The translations under genes were made by a program, and so were the position numbers. A DNA stretch of 64,000 bases from NCBI RefSeq assembly GCF_009914755.1, contig NC_060927.1. The stretch is one strand, 5' to 3'. How positions within the stretch are numbered: position 1 is the first letter of the stretch; each line of letters starts with the position of its first letter. The notes beneath the pieces are model-generated. The model was not told where the DNA came from. It saw nothing but the letters and a program-made list of their open reading frames with translations, and ran no database searches. The DNA comes from the human T2T-CHM13v2.0 reference genome, Homo sapiens. Below are positions 51,668-64,000 of this stretch, piece by piece.

Positions 51668-52364
51668 TTTTTCTTTTTTTTTAATTAATTTTAATTTTTT
51701 TTTTTAAAGCTCCAGGGTACCTGTGCAGGATGTGCAGGTTTGTTACATGGGTAAACGTGTGCCATGGTGGTTTGCTGCACCTATCAACCCATCACCTATG
51801 TATTAAGCCCAACATGCATTAGCTGTTTTTCCTAATGCTCTCCCTCCCCTCACCCCACCACCCAACAAGCCCTGTGTGTGTCGTTCCCCTCCCTGTGTGT
51901 CCATGTGTTCTCATTTTTCAGCTCCCACTTATAAGTGAGAACATGTGGTGTTTGGTTTTCTGTTCCTGCGTTAGTTTGCTGAGGATAATGGCTGCCAGCT
52001 TCATCCATGTCCTTGCAAAGGACATGATCTTGTTTCTTTTTATAACTCAGAAATAAGACCACCCATCTACAACCATCTGATCTTTGACAAACCTAACAAA
52101 AACAAGCAATGGGGAAGGGATTCCCTATTTAATAAATGGTCCTGGGAGAACTGACTACTCATATGCAGAAAATTGAAACTGGACCCCTTCCTTACACCTT
52201 ATAAAAAAACTAACTCAAGATAGATTAAAGACTTAAATGTAAAACACAAAACTATAAAAACCCTAGAAGAAAATCAAGGCAATACCATTCAAAACATAAG
52301 CACAGGCAAAATCACCAAAAGCAATTGCAGCAAAAGCAAAAATTGACAAATGGGATCTAATTAA
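51668..52364 (-). mobile_element. 5'-inverted, truncated L1PA (twin priming)
   Basis: Poly-T plus L1PA 3' end antisense (51668-52043) joined to a sense ORF2 piece (52044-52364); TSD ACCACATTTT. Confidence 0.85.
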
Positions 52365-54874
52365 ACCACATTTTCCTTATCCATTCATTTGTCAATGGAC
52401 ATTTGGGCTGCCTCTCCCTCTTGGCTATTGTGAATAATAATAGGTGCAATGAACGTGGGTGTACAAATATCTCTTTAAGATTCCGCTTTAATTCTTTTGG
52501 ATATGTACCCTGAACTGGGACATAATTGTATGGTGATTATATTTTCAATTTTTTGAGAAATCACTATATTGTTTTCCATAATGGTTGCACCATTTTACAT
52601 TCTCTACAACAGTGAACAAGGGTGACAATTTCTCTACATCCTTTCCAATGCCTGTTATTTTCTGTTGTGATAGTGTCCATCCTAATGAGTATGAGGTGAT
52701 ATTTCATTGTGCTTTTTATTTGCATTTCTCTTATGATTAGTGATATGGAGCATTTTTTCATATGCTTGTGGGTCATTTGTATGTCTTTGGAGAATTGTCT
52801 ATTTAAGCCCTTCACCCATTTTTTAATAAGGTTATTTTGTTGTAGGAGTTTATAATATATTCTGGATATTAACCCTTTATCATATATATAATTTAAAAAT
52901 ATTGTCTCCCATTCTGTAGGTCATCTTTTTTTGCTGTTGATTATCTCCTTTGATGCACAGACCTTAAGTTTGAAATCATCTCATTTGTCTTCTGTTGTTG
53001 TTGTCGTTGCCTGTGTTTTTGGTGTCATATCTAAGAAACCATTGCCAAATACCCTGAAGCTTTTTCCTTATGTTTTCTTCTAGGAGTTTTATAGGTTTAG
53101 GTCTTATGGTTAGGTCTTTAATGCATTTTGAGTTAATTTTTGTATATGGCATAAGGTAAGAGTACAACCTCATTCTTTTCATGTAGATATCCAGTTTTCC
53201 TCACACAATTTGTTGAAGAAACTGTCCTTTATTGTATAGTCTTGGCACCCTTGTCAAAGATCATAAAGAGCATGTATAGAAGGCTTTATTTCTGGACTCT
53301 GTTCCATTGGTCTGTATGTCTGCCTTTATGTCAGTACCACACCATCTTGATTACTGTTGCCTTACAGTATGTATTGAAATCAAGAAGTGTGAAGTCTCCA
53401 ACATTGTTCTTTTTCAGGATTACTTTGGCAATTTAAAATCTCTTGATCTTATATGAATTTTAGATTTTTTTCCTGTAGAAATTACCATTGAGATTTTGAT
53501 AGAGATGGCATTGATTCTGTAGATTGTTTTGGGTGTTATAGACAGTATGACAATATTAAATTTTCCAGTCTATAAACATGGGATGTTTCATCATTGTGTT
53601 TATATCATCTTTGATTTATTTTGGTTATCTCTTAACAATTTTCATTGTACAAGTCTTTTGCCTCCTCAGTTCGATTCATTCCTAAGCATTGTATTCTTTC
53701 TGATACTTTTGTAAATGGGGTTGTTTCCTTAATTTCCTTTTCAGATTAGTCATTGTTAGTTTATGGAAATATAACTCATTTGTGTGTTGATTTTGTATCC
53801 TGCAAATTTGCTAACATCATTTATTAGTTTTAGTGGGTTTTTTGTGGGATCTTTAGGATTTTCTGTATATATGAGATTATGTAATCTGGGAACAGATAAT
53901 TTTACTTCTTTTCCATTTGAATGCCTTTTATTTATTTTTCTTGTCTAATTGCTGTGACTAGAGTTTCTAGTACTGTGTTGAATAGAAATGGCAAGAATAG
54001 GCATCCTTTCCTTGTTCCCATTCTTAGAGGAGAAACTTTCAGTTTTTTGCTATTAAGAATCATTTTAACTGTGGACTTTTCATATGTGACTTTTATTATG
54101 TGTAGGTACTTTCCTTCCATTCTTCATTTGTTGAGTGTTTTTATCATGAAAAAGTGTTGAATTTTGTCAGATGGTTTTGTGCATCAATTGAGATGATCAT
54201 GTGTTTTTACTTCTTCATTCTGTTAATGTGGCATATTATACTGATAGTTTTTCACATATGGAACCTTCCTTGCATTCCTGGTATAAATCCAACTTGTTCA
54301 TGGTATATAATCTTTTTAATATGAGAAGTTTTGCATCAGTATGCATTAGGGATATTGGTCTGTAGTTTTCTTGTTGTGATAATGGATTTACATTTAAACA
54401 CTATTGGCGAGTAGCTCCTGAGAAATGCCATACATTGTAAACATCTAAAATGGCTTAAGGACTCTATAATAAAGTTGTTCTATGTATAATGTCACATTAA
54501 AAAAGTTTGGTGAAGTTTGCTAAAGAGAAGTCAGAATTAAATACAAATAGAAATATCTTAAACGTCTCCTTTTTTATTAAGGATGTTTAATTCCTTGCTG
54601 CCAAAGGAATGTCTTCTAGGATGTGGAGAGGAAATTCTTATACATACATTCTTATAGAATGTAGGAGAAAAAAATGTCTTCCTCTGTGCTTGATCTGATT
54701 TCTAACATTCTGAGTTTCCATGGTTGATTGGTTGGTTAGTTGCTTGAAAAAGGTATGTGTGTATGTCAAAGAAAAATTTGAACATTTCAACACAGTTATC
54801 TCAAATCATATAATTTAAACTAAAATGGGGGCATTAGCTATAATAATGTTGAACCTATAGCCCCATAAAGGCTA

Positions 54875-55449
<575 letters not shown>

Positions 55450-55459
55450 TTAATAATAA

Positions 55460-55784
<325 letters not shown>

Positions 55785-55863
55785 TGTATTTTTTCATTTC
55801 ATAGAATTTCCAGATAAAAGTCAGAGTCAACTAGTTTTATAATACTGAAAAGTTTTGCAAATA

Positions 55864-56207
55864 CAAGCATGTCACTTAATGATGGGGATGTGTTCTGAGA
55901 AATGTGTCATTAGGTGATTCCGTCATTGTGCAAATGTCATAGAGTATACTTACATAAACCTAGGTGGTATGTAGCCTATATGATATATGTGGCTTATATG
56001 ATATACCCTATTGCTCCTAGGCTGCAAACCTGTATAGCATGTTACTATCCTGAAGTCAATGGGCAATTGTAACACAATGGCAAGTATTTGTGTATTGAAA
56101 CATAAGGGTATAGTAAAAATATGGTACTATTAATACAACTGTATGGGACTACCATTGTATATGCGGTCCATCATTGGCCAAACTTTCTTTATGGTGGCAC
56201 AAGACTA
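55864..56207 (-). mobile_element. Tigger3a/MER7-like DNA element
   Basis: GTTCTGAGAAATGTGTCATTAGG...CTCCTAGGCTGCAAACCTGTATAGCATGTTACT...GGCAATTGTAACACAATGG. Confidence 0.75.
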
Positions 56208-58330
56208 CATAATAAATGGTAAAGTAACCAGACTTGGAGATGGGGAGGAGGGAGAAGAATGCCAAATGTATGTTTCCTCCCACAGACTAGCAGGCATCTA
56301 GTATCAGGCAACATACTTATACAATCATTTCCTACTCCTGTCTCACACTTGCCAGAATCTGGATTTAATTTTTTTTTTTTATTGTTAGACCAGTAATGCA
56401 GTTTTCATATTTTGTATAACAAAAAAGTTGTAGGACTTTTCCTTCTTACTGTGAAAATATGACTCATTAAATACATAACTTTTAGTATTGGCCATTTGTA
56501 TTCTTATACTCTTAGTCACAAAGATAACTACGTTTTACAAAGTCGAAAGGTTAATAATAGCAGCTAGCATGAATTCAGAGCTTGCTATGTATTGAGCACT
56601 GGGTTTAAACACATATGCTCTATTTTATTAAGTCCTTATAGTAGGAAAGTGAAGAATACACTAGTCACTGAAGTTCCTTCAGTGCTCAAGACTCAAGTGC
56701 ACTATAGCAAGACAAACACCAGGAAACATGTAACTCTGCTTCGAATACTTTAGCAAGTGAATGGCCCAGTTTGGGAAAGCAAGACAAACACTGGATCCAT
56801 AATGGCTTTTTACACCTGATTGGAATGCAGAAAAAATGGAACCACTAACTACTAATATTATCTTTGCCAGCAGGTGAGCAGTACATACCTGACTTCAGAG
56901 GATTTTATTGAAACCAATAGATGATGGTTAATAAAAACAAATATCCTCAGCTTTCCTTCTTTTACTTGTCATCTGACAACCACTATTTAGCTAAAACTAA
57001 AATGGATTAGAGATACAAGATGATGAATAACAATTATTAACTTTTGTGAGCATATAATGTGAGTCAGCTACTACACTAAGAACTTTACATAGATTCCCTT
57101 AATTTTCTCAATAATCCTATGAGAACTGTCCTTGTATGAGCAACCCCATTTTATAGCTGAAGATACTTGAGGCTTCAAGAGGTTATATAAACATGTTCAT
57201 GGTCAACAGTTATTAAGCAGTGAGTGACATTCTCACGAGATTAATGAGATCATCTGTGTGAGATACAAATACATCTATTGTGTATGTTTGTGTTTTTAAT
57301 GGAGACCAATGGTATGACAGAATGAAGTCCTTTTATCAGTCAGTCAAGATCTGATGTGGCTATTCAAATATAGGCAAAACTGATGTTTTCCTTTTTTAGT
57401 TAAGTTAAATGTACTATTTAAATAACTGTGAATATTTAGAATATTCACAGAATTGTGCAACCATCACCACAATCTTTAGAATATTTTCATCATCTCAAAA
57501 AGATACTTTGTAGCCTTTAGCACCCTTCCCACTGTACCCCCCCCCATACCCCTGGCCATAGGCAACTACTAAATTACTTTCTGTCCCTGCAGGTTGTCCT
57601 ATTCTGGATACTTTGTATATGTGGAATCATAAAATAGGTGATCTTTTATGACTGGCATCTTTCAAGCATGTTTTTGATATTTTCATCCATGTTGTAGGAT
57701 ATTAAATTAACTTTTTGCATAGGAATAACTGAGCTAGAAAAGCATGGGCTGAATATGTCTGCAGAATGTAGCATTTAGAAAAGAAAGACTTCCAGGAGAC
57801 AAATGAGGTAGTAACTAAAATGTAAATAACTAAAAATTAGCTTTGAGTCTTTAATAAACTACCTTTCATGTTTTGCTTTCACTAGGAATGAACTTTTAAT
57901 TTTTTGGAGCTATAAATACATGTAGTTTCTAAAGACATCTTTGTTTTTAAAGAAAAGACATCTGCAGGCTTTTTCTTAGTGTTCCTATTAAGTATGTATG
58001 AGTGTGTGCATTTGTGTGTGTGTGTGTGCATGTTTAGTGACTTTACATGTGTATACATACAAATGTACACAGTCATATATGACTAGTGGTACATGGAATC
58101 TCAATTTAATTGTAAAAGTGAAGGAGTTCTAAAACTAGTTTTAGTATAGTAAGTGGGATATAGTAAGAATGTCCTACAATTTAAAAGCTTATTTGGTTAT
58201 CTTCAATGGATTTTGAATGTATTCAATACTAGATTTGCGAGTGACTATGCCTTTTTAGTAAACAAAAGAAAGGCTATAATGTAGAAAGTATATGGAATAA
58301 GCATAACATCTGTCCTAATCTAATTTTCAG

Positions 58331-60759
<2,429 letters not shown>

Positions 60760-61700
60760 CTCAGAGGATATTTTGCTTCTGGTAGTAAGGAGCACAAAGA
60801 CGTTTTTGCTTTATTCTGCAAAAGTGAACAAGTTGAAGACTTTTGTATTTTTGACTTTGCTAGTTTGTGGCAGAGTGGAGAGGACGGGTGGATATTTCAA
60901 ATTTTTTTAGTATAGCGTATCGCAAGGGTTTGACACGGCTGCCAGCGACTCTAGGCTTCCAGTCTGTGTTTGGTTTTTATTCTTATCATTATTATGATTG
61001 TTATTATATTATTATTTTATTTTAGTTGTTGTGCTAAACTCAATAATGCTGTTCTAACTACAGTGCTCAATAAAATGATTAATGACAGGATGGGGTTCCC
61101 CTGTGCTTTTACCAGTAGCATGACCCCTTCTGAAGCCATCCGTAGAAAGTACTTTGTCCTCCAAAAAGCTAACATACGGTTTTGAAGCAGCATTGAAACT
61201 TTTGTAGCAATCTGGTCTATAGACTTTTAACTCAAGAAGCTAAGGCTAGACTTGTTACCTTCGTTGAATGATGTTAGTTGACTGTACTGTAATGTTGTAT
61301 CAACTGAATTGAATGTTTGCCTTTAAACAATGAATTTTCTTTTTCTTTCCTTTTTTTTTTTTTGTTGTAATAGTTAAAGAGGCTTAGAACAAGCTAACAG
61401 GCAATAGAAATATGTATATCAGATTTTTTAATGTAACAAACTACATGTTAATTGTTATCTTATTCTTTTTATCTTTAGTAGACACTTTTAAAAGAAAAGA
61501 CAATTTTGTTGTGTTTAACTCACCAACACGTGGTGTATAATGAAGACAGAACTATAATAAATTAGTTTTGTTCTGATTTTTTAGAACACTTGCAATAATG
61601 TATCATTTATAGTTCTTGCTAGTTGCAGTGGTAATATTTTTCACATCCATAAAAACAACTACCAAAATAAATCAGCTGTAGCATGTTGCTTTTTAAAGCT
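60760..61700 (+). other. LRRN1: LRRN1 3' UTR (may extend further through distal poly(A) sites)
   Basis: AU-rich and repeat-free; AATAAA at 61069, 61556, 61666, 61872, 62371 and 63182. Confidence 0.7.
61666..61671 (+). terminator. LRRN1: Candidate main polyadenylation signal AATAAA
   Basis: AATAAA followed by GU/U-rich downstream sequence (TGTTGCTTTTT...GGTTTTAATTCTTTTT). Confidence 0.5.
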
Positions 61701-64000
61701 AGGCCCTAAAAGGTTTTAATTCTTTTTCTAAGGGAAGAAATGTCTATTTTAATTAAGATATTTTAATGAACAGGATTTCTGTATTTTAAATAGTACTGAC
61801 TAGCACCTAATGGGCAGTGGGAGGGTGGTTCATATGAAGAAAAAAAGGTGTATTGTTGTATCCCATGCATAAATAAAGGTAAATATATATATACACCAAT
61901 ATATTCATATATACTCACACACATCCCAACCTGTCACACACAATGCGTGTGTATATATATATGAATATATTGGATATGTCATTTCTGTAAGAGTTTTGTT
62001 AAAACCTGATTTTCTTTTGTAGTATCCACATTCTTCATCAAAGTACAAAAACGTCTGTGGAGTGTCACAAACTGTATGACATGTTATTTCTTTTTAACAG
62101 TTGTCTATATGCTTAGACCCGTGTTAGTCTCTATATCTGTGTGGCAATATCTGCTGAGACAAGTAAATGATTAATAGAAAACAAAACAACTTCCGTACAG
62201 TTCAAACTTTTCATCCAAATATATATAGACAGTTTTGGAGAATTGTTTCAAGATTATAGAGGAAACATGTAACATTTAGAGCAGATGGAACTAGGTTTAG
62301 GTAGAAGGCCAGTTCCACAAAGGGCAGAGGGAGGGATGGGATTTAATAGGTAAAGAAGAACCCATTTGAAAATAAAGGTTGTTTCAAAAGGCAGCTGCCG
62401 CCAGGCACACAGCATTCCATCAGACAGGTGCCAGACAAGCAAAAGCAAGGAAGTTGGCAGAAAGAAAGTCCAGGTGATGTAGGTTGAGGTATTTCTTTCT
62501 TTGGCAGTATCTTGCTTTTGTGAATCACTTTATTAAAAAAAATCACTTTCTTCCCATTCTTAAGGGGTTTTGGCAAACAGAATTTCAGATCTTGAAACAA
62601 ATGAGCTGCAACAGAAAAATAAGTACCTGAGCTCGAGGTATCCCTTCCCAAAGCCTTCACTTATTGGTGAGAAAAACCTGGGCCCAGGGAGGGCTTGCAG
62701 CTTACCCAGTTCGGACTCCTGCCAGTTCAGCGCTCTGCACTCCATTGATTGTTCTAGGCCCGGCAGCCTGTTAGGTTCCTGTGCAGGGCCCCTCTTTTGC
62801 AGTTCTGAATAACCTCTAGTGCCCCTGCTTCAAAAATGCAGTACATCCTCAAGTTCCCATTTACTCAGGATACATTTTAGCACAGGGCAGATCAGACGGT
62901 GTCTCTACTGTTAGTATTGCAAAGTATGTATGGGAAACACAGAGAATTGGAGCTGCGTTGAATGCAAACTTGAGGTGTTTCCCTTGAGGAATTCTTGTCT
63001 TCAAACGTCTGCAGAGTAATGGACCATGTTACAACTTTCCTGTTCATCTGTGAACCATGAAAATGGATGGCACTGATGCATTAGACCCTCAGCAGCCTGC
63101 AATTGCAAATCTGCGAGGTTTCATTCGGCCCATAAAGCAAACATTTGAACTTACACAGAATGAGCACTTAAATACGGGTGCAATAAATGAAGGGAAAAAC
63201 CTCAGCCGTTTCTCCATTCTGAAGATATAGCAAGCACCGGGAAATCTAAGATTTTTCATCAACAATATCTTCTGCCAGCCCAGTTTGGGGGGAAAAACCC
63301 CTTTTACATTTTTCTTCAGTAAAGTACTGGAACTTACTTTTCCCTGTCTGTGCTAATGAGCTGATTTTCAGCTGATAGAAAACAAAATGATAGAGTACTT
63401 TTTTCCTTGGCCAAGTATTTTCTCATTTGTATTTAATTTCATAAATTAGACAGCCAGTGAAATTAGACCTCAAACTAGGTCCTGATGGATAATGAATGTT
63501 ATGTCACCTTTAACAGTGAAGTGGTTATTATAGGTCACTTTCTAATTTCATATTTTCCCTTTTGCTTTCTGCTGCCCTCAGGGTATATAGTGTATCTCTA
63601 ACCTGATTTTTCAAGGTTATTTTTGGAGCAGTTTCTTAAAACAGGCATTCCCTAACTTGCTCATTTAATTAATGAAAAATTGAACTGATGCCATGGATAT
63701 AAAAACAAATGCAATGTTTGATTGTCAGTGTTTCTGATTTGGCAAAAAGGAATCATCTCTATTTTTTTGCAAACAATATCAAAGTGCATATTTTCTCTCA
63801 TGTGGTTTCTATTTATTCAATCATTCATTTGTTTGCTAAGGACGCCATAGTCAACCCTTTACTTGGTGTTTGTTTTCTATTTCTGTATTCATTTTCCAAG
63901 GCATTTTCTTTTCTTTATTACTGTTTTCACCATTGGTGGGGTAGGGGGAAGCATTTTATATCTCCAACAGTTTGCTGGGAAAAACCACACTTTTTCCCTT

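Larger units (their letters stand above)
50155..54380 (-). mobile_element. Old L1M(B) 3' end plus ORF2 remnant, interrupted at ACCACATTTT by two later insertions
   Basis: L1 3' text 50155-50522 resumes at 52375 (CCTTATCCATTCATTTGTCAATGGACATTTGGG); ORF remnants such as YLMPYTKINSKCIKDL and KVSPLRMGTRKGCLFLPFLFNTVLE are L1 ORF2-like. Confidence 0.85.

Noticed and set aside
56706-56791. 14-bp direct repeat AGCAAGACAAACAC about 70 bp apart
   Set aside because: No poly(A) tail or element between the copies; probably a small local duplication without a testable function.

Overview
Human (primate) genomic DNA containing the LRRN1 (leucine-rich repeat neuronal 1) gene on the + strand. A CpG-island promoter (~13.2-15.5 kb) precedes a non-coding first exon (donor GTAAGT at 14280) and a ~44 kb intron. 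One coding exon follows (acceptor AG 58329-58330; CDS 58609-60759, 716 aa, LRR-Ig-FN3-TM), then an AU-rich 3' UTR with several AATAAA signals. The rest is largely interspersed repeats: Alus with TSDs, THE1/MST/MLT LTRs, L1 fragments, MIR/L2 and hAT/Tigger DNA elements. Also present are an apparently complete but decayed antisense HERV-L/MLT2A provirus (42385-48968, TSD CCCAG), a ~1.1 kb alternating purine-pyrimidine tract and a 38-bp VNTR inside the CpG island. The least explained structure is at 50.5-52.4 kb: an unidentified ~1.1 kb retroposed segment and a 5'-inverted L1PA, both at one target site (three copies of ACCACATTTT). I found no convincing wholly new biological system. Repeat subfamily calls come from recalled consensus similarity and need RepeatMasker/Dfam confirmation.
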